Below, piece by piece: positions 13,658-25,523 of a stretch of DNA of 64,000 nt (its first letter is position 1; each line of letters starts with the position of its first letter). The translations under genes were made by a program, and so were the position numbers. Under the pieces are notes generated by a model. The model was given only the letters and a program-made list of their open reading frames with translations. It searched no databases and was not told where the DNA came from. The DNA comes from Lytechinus pictus (taxonomy: Eukaryota): NCBI RefSeq assembly GCF_037042905.1, contig NC_087248.1, positions 10,292,001 through 10,356,000 on the forward strand. Direction: 5' to 3'.

Positions 13658-14278
13658 AGGAGAATGAAACCTTTAGAACAAGATAGCTTGTGTGAAAACA
13701 GAAAAATCAAAGAAACAGATCAATGAAAGTTTGAGAAGAATCAGACAAATAATGAGAAAGTTATGAGCATTTGAATATTGCGATCACTAATGCTATGGAG
13801 ATCCTCACATTGGCAATGCGACAAAGATGTGTGATGTCACTTGTGAACAAGTCTCCCCAGTACATTAGTACATATTTCACTTAAATTGCCTCTTTTTTCA
13901 CATCTATCAGTAGATCATGTATTCTTTCTATAGGAGGGCATGTAATACAGATTTTTAAAGAATACATCATGGATAAAGAGTTTGTATCACCATAAGAAAA
14001 AACAAAAAGAGACATTTTGGGGGAATTTTATAGTCCATCAAAGGGAAAGTTGTTCACATGTGACATCACCATAGAGATGTATACTAATTAGCGTTATTAG
14101 TATATATCTCTATGGACATCACACATCCTTGTCGCATTGCCAATATGAGGATCTCCATAGCATTAGTGATTGCAATATTCTAATTGTTTGTTCGATTTTT
14201 CTCAAACTTTCGTTGATCTGTTTCTTTGATTTTTCTGTTTCGACACAAGCCTACTTATTCCAAAGGTTTCATTCCCCT
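13658..14278. mobile_element. Kolobok-type MITE (TTAA TSD)
   Basis: TTAA|AGGAGAATGAAACCTTT ... AAAGGTTTCATTCCCCT|TTAA with long imperfect TIRs; related remnant at ~28720-29350. Confidence 0.85.
14070..14114. mobile_element. 45-bp hairpin mini-transposon with 8-bp TSD, nested in the Kolobok-type MITE
   Basis: GACATCAC|CATAGAGATGTATACTAAT-TAGCGTT-ATTAGTATATATCTCTATG|GACATCAC. Confidence 0.85.
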
Positions 14279-15802
14279 TTAACTCAATAATCAAATGAAA
14301 ATTATCACGACTATAAAATACTGACATTTAGTCTTGTTTGATACAAGAAATCGAATCACAAACAAATCAGACCAAATATTATTCAGCAAATATATGCATT
14401 CAAAAATATGAATATATAGATTGTGAAAATATGAAATATAAAATATCTTATATAAAACATAATCCACATGCCATTGCAACACATTCCGTAAATGTGTTGA
14501 TGTTATGTTTGGAACGTGGGCTTTGTATAAATTACTTATCAGTTTAACTACTGGACAGGTGAAAATATGAAAGATACAAAAGACGTAAATAGTTGTGCTT
14601 TAGTGTTCTTCTGGGTTGGTAAACCCATAACCATAATCAAAAATAAAAACAGTCCATCCTTGGCAAAGGGTGATTATGATGATCAATTTTGATTGAAAAC
14701 CAATTAAAAAGAATCAGATGGAAAAAGACTTATTTTTGACACAGAAGCATATATAGGTTCTAAACATCCACCTTCACATTCGAATGAACCCAATTTGAGA
14801 AAAGTATAGCGCCCTCTTAGACATGACGTGTGCATTAATAGAGAAGATTTACCACGAACGAATCATCTTGCGCGTTATTATTTTACCTTTACAACGAACA
14901 ATAAAAAAAACATATTGATTATATAAACAATTATTTATTTATTTATTATTCATTTATTTATTGGTATATATGCACATAAAAATTGACCAGCAGCACATGC
15001 TGAAAGGGTCAATTTACAAAAATTCATGAAGTACAAATATACAGATATAACAATATACAGATATAACAAAGCAAATTAACAAAAACGTAATTACAGAATC
15101 AATACTTTTGAATCATTTTTGTTTGTTAATTCAACTTTTAAATCAATTGCTTGATTAATACTTTTTGTATCTACTTATTAATCAATTCATTTAATTATTT
15201 ATTTGATAACCCAATCACTTATGTATTCATTAATTTGTATAAAATTTATAGGATTTCTATGTAAATCCGTATACGAGTACTGTACAAAATACCTTGTTTT
15301 GTATCCCAATTGTACAGTAATGGAATTAACGAAAGATTAATCAAATTATAAATGTGATGTAAAAGCTGCATTTTTTACGGTTAAACCATTGACGTTACAG
15401 TGGAAAATCGCGCCCACCAAATTGCCAGGAATTTACCCTTAAAGTCAATAAGGGAAATTTCTGGGCAGCTTTCTGCGCGACTTCCCAACGTAACTTTAAC
15501 AAAGTAGTGTACAATTTTAATTTCTATTATAGATTTTTAGCATTTCCACCGTAAAATTTGGTCTTTCTTAAATTCATCGCATTCCAGGAGCATTCGAAAA
15601 AAAAAACTATTGTAAAACAGTAGAATTAGATTTATTTTTTATTATATTTTTCTTAGATAATTGCACACGTTAGTAGCAATAATGCATATATCATTTTAAA
15701 ATTTCTTTGATGCAAGAGCAATGATAATCTCCGAACTTCCATATAGGGTAATAAGTCGCCATAGACCACTCGGCCATGGCATCGGTCAGGCACTCATGCA
15801 TG

Positions 15803-16761
15803 AGCACACCCTCACTCCATACACACATCCCGACTGGAAAAAACACAGTGTCTCGCAGTGTATGCCTTAGTATGTTCACAGTGTGGAACACATTGTAAAT
15901 TCACCTTCACATTGTTGAATTTGAGCATTTCAGCACACTTTAACTCCATACACATATCCCAACTGGACAGAACACAGTGTGGGCCACAGTATGTTCACAA
16001 TGTGGAACACAATGTGAAATCGCCTTCACATTGTTAAATTTGGGCATCCCCACATACTTTCACTCCATACACATATCCCTATTGAAGAGAACACAGTGTT
16101 CCACAGTGTGTCCACAGTGGGGTTACAGTATGTCCACAGTGTGGAACACAATGTGAAATCACCTTCACATTGTTAAATTTGAGCATCCCCACATACTTTC
16201 ACCCCATACACATATCCTTATTGAAGAGAGCACGCTGTCCAACAAGGTGTCCACAGTATGTCCACAGTGTGGAACACAATGTGAAATCACCTTCACATTG
16301 TTAAATTTCAGCACTCCAACACACCTTCACTCCATACACATATCCCTATTGAAGAGAACACGCTGTCCAACAGTGTGTCCACAATATGTTCACAGTGTGG
16401 AACACAATGTGAAATCACCTTCACATTGTTAAATTTCAGCACTCCAACACACTTTCACTCCATACACTTATCCCTATTAGACAGAACCCAGTGTCCTACA
16501 GTGTGTGACACAGTATGTTCACAGTGTGGAACACATTACGAAATCATCTTCACACTGTTAAATTTGAGCAATTCAACAGTGTGAATCACATATTCACGTA
16601 GTCGACCATGTGCACACGATGTGAACAGTCTCACTGTCGAGGTGTCCACAGTGTGAAAATATCTCCATTGTTGAATTTAGACATTTTAACAGTGTGTATA
16701 ACATTTCTACATAGTCCACCATGTAAACACACTGTGTGACACTGTGTTTTTTCGAGCAGGG
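15803..16761. repeat. Composite repeat with an internal ~120-130 bp tandem array (copy 2 of family)
   Basis: About 6 units homologous to 5970-6577; CCCGACTGGAAAAAACACAGTGTC (~15829) is inverted relative to GACACTGTGTTTTTTCGAGCAGGG (~16738-16761). Confidence 0.85.
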
Positions 16762-17370
16762 ATATGTACGCTAGTAAAAATAAAGAAAAAAATGATAAAA
16801 CCCGAATCCATTTGATAAATAATACCTTTCTTGATTTGATTCTAGTCTTGTATTTTCCACTTTTTTCATTGTGTCTTCGAATGTTTTTAATAAATGATTG
16901 AAAATATGTTAGTGGTGTTAACAAAAAATATATGTCCTTTTTTCAAAAATTATTCATGTAAGTTCAGTGATCAAGGTAAAGAACTATTATGGGAACCTAT
17001 TTTGATAGACACAAAGTAGGAGTTTTGACCAGAAAGGTATAAATATTATGTTATTCACAATGTCACATTGGAGCTATTTTAATCACGCGTCTACATTGAA
17101 TAAATAATTAGCATCTATTTTTGGATCCTTCTTTGATTGCGATTCTTCAGATATAGTAACTTAATCCGATAGGTATACCAATTCTGAACTATTTCCGTCC
17201 TTAATGGCATGTGATATCAAATTCCGTGTTTACCTATACTGGAAAAACAACATTAAATCCTCCAAATTTGGATTGACACAATGTCACACAACTTAGATAA
17301 TACAGATCGTCATGGTAAAAAAAAATCCTTGTTAAATTATAATGTCGACAGTCGCCTCATCGAACAACTG

Positions 17371-17560
17371 GGCGACGCGACATTTGCTCTGGTGACGACT
17401 GCTCCGGGCTTTATTTCGTCGAAGATATTAGGTTTAGCGTAAGGGTAGCAATGGGGTTTTATGTTATAGCAAAGGGTTAGGTTTAGGGTAGGGTCATTCC
17501 CATTTAGTGTTTGAAAATTTACAGCGGAACAATTATCGCCGGAGAAAATGTCATGGAACC
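17371..17560. mobile_element. Small degenerate MITE with a GGTTAG-rich core
   Basis: GACATTTGCTCTGGTGAC ... ATCGCCGGAGAAAATGTC imperfect inverted ends. Confidence 0.45.
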
Positions 17561-19957
17561 GATTGAACCCAAAAACTGTAATGAGCAGTCATTCCAGGTG
17601 AAAATGAAAATGATGTCACATGTATTTGAGAAGAATTTCTCTATTTTGACCTCTACGTGGTGTTTCGCTATATACCCTTCATAAATAAATCCGATACTCA
17701 GTTGGCCTCTATTGTCTTAATACAAGTATCTGTTGTTTTTTGTTGTTTTTTCTACGCTGGTATGCCGGTTACACTGTGTGTACTCTAGATAAACAAATAA
17801 ACAAATTATTAGTCTTCAGAAGCAATCTTGTATAGTAATAAATTGTTGTTTTTCTAAATGTCACGTTTTTATTCGCTTATTTACTCTTTATCGTATTACA
17901 AATTCAGATTTCTTTCCCCCACCCTTTTCTCCTGAAGTTTTCGTTATAGACAAGTTATCCTTTTTATTCTCTAAAAAAATAATGAAGGAATTTTTTAGGC
18001 TCGCTTACTACGCTTGCTCGCTGCATTTCTTTGAAATAACACACACCTTGCAGGACGTTTTGACCATCATTCTGTCTTGCAACCACTGAAACTTTGCTCG
18101 CTCGTTTCGCTCGGTCGCATTTGGACATTAACTGTAATTCAGTAGTTAGTATAACAACAAAACTATTACAATATCCATCGAAAAAATTCGGAATAGACCT
18201 TCAACTGACATCACCAAAAGTGATGGATGGTAGTATTATGAACACGGTTAAAATTATACCCCCGTTTAAATAGCCCTTGTTGTGATGATAAGATACACAT
18301 CACTTGAAAGACGTTGTTGATCATTATTCTGTCCTATTCTGTCCTATTCTAATTAAAATTTGCTCGCTCGATTCGCTCGCTCGCAGTAGAACATATGTAA
18401 CTGTATTTCAGTTGTATATATCTGAACAAAACCTTTACAATATAGCCATGGAAAAATGGTGATATGCCTTGAATTGAAAGATGGTAGGATTTTGTACACC
18501 CCCCCTGCTTGGATCGGATTTACGCCATTGTATAGATGTTTTCATTGCCGATATTATGATTCACCTCTGAATTTACATGAAAACAAAATAATGTTTAATA
18601 TGCGTTTTACCAAGATACCAGAGATAATATCATTACACTGCGCTAAAATTTGATTTGATTTGCTCAATGACTAAGTACAATAATAAGTTGGAAAACAGGT
18701 TTCTGCAAAAAGAAACAAAAGTGGTGAAACCTAAATTGAAATGGGGCTTGTATTTCTTAGGTCCCTGAAAAGATACGAATGATATGATTATTTCATTTTT
18801 ATCATTAAATAAAATACACAATTAGCCCAATACTGTTGAGACCAACTATATAGCAAATTTCATGTCTCAGGGACATTGTATCATGAAACCGACTATAATT
18901 GGTTCTTCGACTTTACTTGCAGTAGGTCTATCACTTGCTCTACTCTGTCTACTGTAATTACTTAATCGCATTATTCCTCAATCTAGTATTTTGTTTGAGA
19001 ACTTAACGATTACAAGACTCTTAGCACAAACAATACCTTGGATTGTAAACCCGTGCATACACCAATGATGATATGATATTTCGCTATGAACATTCGAATT
19101 CAGGGTCCATTGTACTGTTCAAAAATTGATTTAACTGAATTTATTTTTCCCATGATGTACGACTTAGTTTACAACAACTTTCCCTTCTTAAGATTTGAAG
19201 TGTCAATTCAGTGTCAGACATGCGCATACGGTCACAACAGTTACCAGACGTACAAGAATGATTTGTTTGTTTTGCCACACTGCGGAAACAGCAATGTAAA
19301 ACCTACATGGTGTATATTTAAAACTTGATGGTGTAGGCTTGCCATGACACTGATTGCTTATATAAACACCGTAGTTTTAATGGGTGGGTACAGGGCTGGT
19401 GCTGGTATAGAAGAAAAAATTGACGAGCAATAGAAAAGGTTTTTCATTCCAAAATGAAAGGGATTTTGGTTTCATTTCTTCTGTTTAGCGTACCTACCTG
19501 ATTTCAATGGGGTACGTGCTGCGTAAGGTGTATAAAATACGCAGCACCCCTATGCAAATCTTGGGGTGCTTCAGCACCCTCTATTCCCAGAGCCATGGAA
19601 GGATAGCCTGCCTACATGTAGTGATAGCATGGAAATTACCACCACCCCCCTCCATCCTCTCATCGAAAAATCAAAAAGTGAAAATGGAAAGATGGTTAAA
19701 GAAAATTAAATCGGAGGTAAACATGAAGAATGGCTTGGTTGTCAATAACGGGGGGGGTGGAGATGGGGAGATAGATCCCCCAATATATATTGGCCTGTAT
19801 GTACCCCTCCCCCTCCCGATAATTTACAGTAGAACATTATACTATTTATGATGAATTATACGGCAAGTAAGATCATGGTTATAAGGGAGGTGTAGAAGAT
19901 GTGACGATCATGATGGTGGTAGGTTAGTGATAATTATCGTATATATATATATATATA

Positions 19958-20783
19958 CAGTGCGTCCCAGAAAAAACGAAACCGAGATTAAGCGATGATT
20001 TATCATAACTTAATCACAAATACAATAGACAAATGACCTACCAATGTAAAGCTTAGAATCTCCTCTTTCATCTGATATTACTTAGAGTATTCCTTATTCA
20101 CGCATGAGTGAGCAAAACACTTTGAAGAAAGGATGCCAAAAACTCATTTGGCGGGGGGTATCTGAATTTCAAAAAGAAAATCACATGCCTAAAAAGTTCA
20201 ATATCTGCTCTTTTATTTGATACCTTAATCACAAAAAATGGTCAAGAAGTAAAAAAGTTATGTTCCCTCGATACAATGCTTGTATTTCCAAAATTTCATT
20301 AAATAAACGTGTTTTCACCGGTTTCCCACAGAACCTATCGCGAGCTTAACAAAGACTTGATGCATTGCTGATCGTCAACAAAACGGAGTGTCAAGTGAGT
20401 TTGAACGCTAGCCTGTATAGAGCCTCTTCATTTTATGGAATTATTGAATTTCAAGCCTTATTTCAAATAACCAGAACTTTGTTATTTCTCAGTTGACCAT
20501 TTTCGGTAATTGAGGTATCAAATTAAAGAGCAGATATTTAACTTCTTAGAAATGTGGTTTTCTTTTTGAAACCCAGAGATACAGCCCGCCAAATGACTTT
20601 TTGGTATCCCATCTTCAAATTGTTTTTGCTCACTCATGCATGAATGAGAAATAAACTAAGTAATTTTAGATGAAAGAAGAGATTCTAAGCTTTACAATGG
20701 TAGGTCATTTGTCTATTGTATTTGTGATTAAGTTATGATAAATCATCGATAAATCTCGGTTTCGTTTTTTGTGGGACGCACTG
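19958..20783. mobile_element. Tc1/mariner-type foldback MITE inserted in a (TA)n tract
   Basis: TA|CAGTGCGTCCCAGAAAAAACGAAACCGAGATT ... AATCTCGGTTTCGTTTTTTGTGGGACGCACTG|TA; TIRs extend ~270 bp; a solo end recurs at ~42405-42433. Confidence 0.9.
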
Positions 20784-20856
20784 TATATATATATATATAT
20801 TCAAACAACAAGCAAACACATAGTTACCAAGATTCATTATAGCATTTTCATTTATC

Positions 20857-20982
20857 TCAATGCAGGATAAAAGAACTATGTCGATTAAACTCCTTGCTCA
20901 TGGGCATAGGTGCCATGGCCGGGGATCGAATCCCGGACTTCTAAATGGCTATCAGCGGCGCCTAGGACCACTCGGCCACTGC
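20857..20982 (-). mobile_element. tRNA-derived SINE (same family as 56744-56900)
   Basis: Minus strand GTGGCCGAGTGGTCCTAGGCGCC ... GGGATTCGATCCCCGGC ... GGCACCTATGCCCATGAGCAAGG. Confidence 0.7.
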
Positions 20983-21404
20983 ATTTTCACGTTTATAATT
21001 ATAACTATCGATTTTTTTTCTCTTGCATTTTTTTTAATCTTTATTGTAATTGAAAGAAACAATTCCTTTCAGAAACTTTTCAAAAAAGATGAATGGAGCA
21101 AGAAAAGAATTCCAGGATGAAATAAATCAAAATCTTATGTTTATGTTTTTTTCATTAATTTCATTAATTTCTTTACCCTCCCCTCAACCAAGCGAATCGG
21201 TGTGTGCCTTGTTTATTTTACCACCAATTTGTTGAATATCAGTTCATTTTCGTAAGTATTCTTTATTCTGGTTTATGTTGTAAACAAAGTCTAGGAAATC
21301 CAAAATACATAAATGAGATTTTTTAAATCCCTCACATAAAACGATATTTGCATCATACAGTCATCTCCCAACCATGAATACCGATCGACACCCATAGAAA
21401 GGGT

Positions 21405-21774
21405 ATGAGCGGACTAGAGGGGCGTGGTCGTTAACGTCAACCACCAACCTCGCTTCCTGCTTCCTCCTCATTGGTGGAAATGCCGAGTCACGTGCCCCCT
21501 CGGGCACGTTGCAGAGAGACTTGCAATCAAACGTAAACCAAGAAAAAACAATCGAATGCGTCGTTCGTGACTTGCGCTTGATTTTTTAAAGCTGTTTTTA
21601 AACGCAAGACCCCTGGACTAGCGTTGTGACGTTGGAAATATTCTGTAGAAACTTTCGATGAAAACATCTATATGGTGACTGGTTCTTCTGCTCAGAATCT
21701 ATTCCAGACGGCATGATGAGGTGATACTCAACCCGAGCTCCTAGTCCACCATCAAACAGACATAAGACGTAAGT
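21405..21774 (+). promoter_or_regulatory. CpG-richer promoter-like segment and candidate first exon
   Basis: GGGGCGTGG (GC box), ATTGG and CACGTG within 80 bp; donor-like GTAAGT at 21769. Confidence 0.35.
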
Positions 21775-23665
21775 TGATCCAGACCGTGTTTTCAATCTTC
21801 ATGTTATAACTAATACAAATTCGCAATGCTAACTCTGTTAATACATTTAAAGTTATGCTTAAAACTCATCTTTTTAAATCTTAAATTGATCATATCATAT
21901 GTTTATTGGCCCATTGATGGTATTTCTTTATTCATGATCTGGCGAGAAAAAGTTGTAAATTGTAATATTAGTTTTGATACACTTTGTTGTGCAAAGTATT
22001 TCTATTTCTATTTCCTCTATACTTCATTTTCCTTTCTTTTAACCGCTTAGAGGCAATTTGCGAATTTGCGGTATATAAAATTGTTATTATCATTATTTAC
22101 CTTACATGATAATAATATGATGCTCGTAACTTTCCGATCTTATCATGCTTATATCGAATTTAGGACTTGCAGTTCGCCCCACCATCACTGTTTTGCTCAA
22201 TACTTTTTATAGTTTGCTTTATTAACGCTTACTATGTATATTTCCAAACTATGTTGCATATTGATCTGAGCTTTGATGATAAGGAATTCAGGATTTTGAT
22301 ATTGTTATTTTACAGTCTATTTCATTTTTCGTATTATAATTATCATTCACGTTATCATTAGTATTGTTTAAACGTATTTTCTTTAGCTTCCAAAATTAAA
22401 TCGATCGGTCAGAAAAGAAGTAGTAGGAGAAGTAGTAGTCTGCTATAATCGACAGATCACCTCTTGTTTTGTATTTCAGAATGTTATTTATCACTATGAG
22501 GTTGTTTGTTTTTATTCACGATAAAAACTACATAAATATAAAACGAAATATGCATTTTATGAACAAAAATAATATGTAACAATACCTCCACAAAGTAATG
22601 AATGTAAACAAATATAGAAAATAAATCGTATATAGAGATACACCGTTAAAGATTGCTTCCCCCTCCCCGAGGTCTCGGGAATTGCTATTACAGTTTCTAT
22701 GACAATAATAAATTAATGTAAAATAAATTAAATAGTTAGGATGTATGAACTTACGATGCAAGGTCAGATATCACCCTCATCTTGCACAGCTCCGGTTATT
22801 TCTATTTCTCTTTTTATAAGTTGAAAAGTAATCTGTTTAGTTTTTGGATGGAAAGGGGTAAATTGTACAATTTTCCAAAACGATATTGAAATGTCCGTTT
22901 ATAGTTTTTAGTGTTAGGTTTAGGCAAGATAGTTTGATTCACTTTCCTTGTAGGGTAACTCAGTGCCTCAAAATATTTTTTCTTCAAATTGGCATGAGAA
23001 ATATAAAATATTTTATAGAATAGACATTACTGTATATGGAAAATTGATGTTGCTAAAAAGTAATTCCTGTCTTAAAATATAAAGAATTTCATGCACTCTT
23101 CTGTGATCTGATACTTTGATTTTGAATATTAAAATTGTCCTTAATGTATGGTTTTGCAGTTTTTGTAAAATGCCAAGACAAGATTCAGTCGCCGATAAAA
23201 GATTCAAACTTAACTTATTAAAAAAAAAACTGATAGTCCACCAAGAAAACTGATTATCTTACAAACTTTTGTGAAAAGGTCTTATCAATTACTATTCCTT
23301 TTTAGATTAAAAACAATAGTAATCCCAACATGACCAGGGTAATTTATAGATTTAACCTGTTCAATATGGATATCCTGAATTTTTAGGTTTAATAAGTAAT
23401 CTTCGAATAAACGGTGTGCATTGCCCTATATTCCGTATAAATGTAATATGTGAAAGAATATTTTGTGACTAAATGTACTGAAAGCGTTGCTTAAGTAAAA
23501 AAGTATTCCAAATTACATGCTCTATGTTAGCCATCGCTTTTGTAATTTTGTCGTAAATATTTACTAACGCTAAGCCTTTGAAATGTTTCTTTCTAAAACC
23601 GTATTGATTTGGAATCAATAAATTACGCAATTTTAAAAAATTGTATAATCTTGTATATATACATG

Positions 23666-23698
<33 letters not shown>

Positions 23699-23828
23699 CA
23701 TTGTCATTGTCAGCTTGTCATTGTTCGAAACCCACCTTCACCCGACAAAGGAAATTATAATTGGTATAGTGTCGAAAATTTGTCTATCTGACGGTCAATC
23801 GGATCGGGGTCGCCCTAGCCACTAACCC

Positions 23829-23900
23829 GTCTCTGTGGTCTAGTGGTTAAGGCACCGGCGTTCAAAGCTGGGGGCCCGGGTTCGATTCCCGGCAGAGACA
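23829..23900 (+). tRNA. tRNA-like gene, anticodon TCA (opal-suppressor-like), copy 1
   Basis: Acceptor GTCTCTG/CAGAGAC+A73; D stem GTCT/AGGC; anticodon stem CCGGC/GCTGG with loop GT-TCA-AA; 4-nt variable loop; T arm CCGGG-TTCGATT-CCCGG; T-run terminator follows. Confidence 0.7.
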
Positions 23901-24233
23901 TTTTTTCGGCATCACCAATTTTTCCAAAGGGTAGATAGCTCTGGGGAACCTTGATTTAAGCTACGCCTACCATTGTTCTCTTCATCCATTTCTTTACAAT
24001 ATTTAAATAAAAAGAGTTGCCAAAGCTGTTGTACATGTATAACTTTACACATTTGTATACGTTCCCCCTACGTGTACTGTATCAAAGCAATAGCTTTGAT
24101 CCAGCTGAAGCATGGCGGCTTGTCATTGTTCGAAACCCACCTTCACCCGACAAAGGAAATTATAATTGGTATAGTGTCGAAAATTTGTCTATCTGACGGT
24201 CAATCGGATCAGGGTCGCCCTAGCCACTAACCC

Positions 24234-24305
24234 GTCTCTGTGGTCTAGTGGTTAAGGCACCGGCGTTCAAAGCTGGGGGCCCGGGTTCGATTCCCGGCAG
24301 AGACA
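24234..24305 (+). tRNA. tRNA-like gene, anticodon TCA, copy 2
   Basis: Identical to copy 1. Confidence 0.7.
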
Positions 24306-24640
24306 TTTTTTCGGCATCACCAATTTTTCCAAAGGGTAGATAGCTCTGGGGAACCTTGATTTATGAGCTACGCCTACCATTGTTCTCTTCATCCATTTCT
24401 TTACAATATTTAAATAAAAAGAGTTGCCAAAGCTGTTGTACATGTATAACTTTACACATTTGTATACGTTCCCCCTACGTGTACTGTATCAAAGCAATAG
24501 CTTTGATCCAGCTGAAGCATGGCGGCTTGTCATTGTTCGAAACCCACCTTCACCCGACAAAGGAAATTATAATTGGTATAGTGTCGAAAATTTGTCTATC
24601 TGACGGTCAATCGGATCGGGGTCGCCCTAGCCACTAACCC

Positions 24641-24712
24641 GTCTCTGTGGTCTAGTGGTTAAGGCACCAGCGTTCAAAGCTGGGGGCCCGGGTTCGATTC
24701 CCGGCAGAGACA
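24641..24712 (+). tRNA. tRNA-like gene, anticodon TCA, copy 3
   Basis: As copy 1 but anticodon stem CCAGC/GCTGG (G-U replaced by A-U). Confidence 0.7.
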
Positions 24713-25045
24713 TTTTTTCGGCATCACCAATTTTTCCAAAGGGTAGATAGCTCTGGGGAACCTTGATTTAAGCTACGCCTACCATTGTTCTCTTCATCCA
24801 TTTCTTTACAATATTTAAATAAAAAGAGTTGCCAAAGCTGTTGTACATTTATAACTTTACACATTTGTATACGTTCCCCCTACGTGTACTGTATCAAAGC
24901 AATAGCTTTGATCCAGCTGAAGCATGGCGGCTTGTCATTGTTCGAAACCCACCTTCACCCGACAAAGGAAATTATAATTGGTATAGTGTCGAAAATTTGT
25001 CTATCTGACGGTCAATCGGATCGGGGTCGCCCTAGCCACTAACCC

Positions 25046-25117
25046 GTCTCTGTGGTCTAGTGGTTAAGGCACCGGCGTTCAAAGCTGGGGGCCCGGGTTC
25101 GATTCCCGGCAGAGACA
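25046..25117 (+). tRNA. tRNA-like gene, anticodon TCA, copy 4
   Basis: Identical to copy 1; T-run one nt longer. Confidence 0.7.
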
Positions 25118-25451
25118 TTTTTTTCGGCATCACCAATTTTTCCAAAGGGTAGATAGCTCTGGGGAACCTTGATTTAAGCTACGCCTACCATTGTTCTCTT
25201 CATCCATTTCTTTACAATATTTAAATAAAAAGAGTTGCCAAAGCTGTTGTACATGTATAACTTTACACATTTGTATACGTTCCCCCTACGTGTACTGTAT
25301 CAAAGCAATAGCTTTGATCCAGCTGAAGCATGGCGGCTTGTCATTGTTCGAAACCCACCTTCACCCGACAAAGGAAATTATAATTGGTATAGTGTCGAAA
25401 ATTTGTCTATCTGACGGTCAATCGGATCGGGGTCGCCCTAGCCACTAACCC

Positions 25452-25523
25452 GTCTCTGTGGTCTAGTGGTTAAGGCACCGGCGTTCAAAGCTGGGGGCCC
25501 GGGTTCGATTCCCGGCAGAGACA
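25452..25523 (+). tRNA. tRNA-like gene, anticodon TCA, copy 5
   Basis: Identical to copy 1. Confidence 0.7.

Noticed and set aside
16247-16584. CxxC-repeat zinc-finger-like ORFs (CPQCGTQC)
   Set aside because: Translations of the CACAGTGTG-rich tandem repeat
23829-23900. Selenocysteine tRNA
   Set aside because: Anticodon is UCA, but there is no long variable arm, stems are the standard 7/5, and the discriminator is A73
23770-24135. Canonical hammerhead or HDV-like ribozyme in the array unit
   Set aside because: CTGACGG and CTGAAGC do not match CUGANGA with a suitable stem II; the UCC-loop hairpin lacks the GG needed for HDV P1.1
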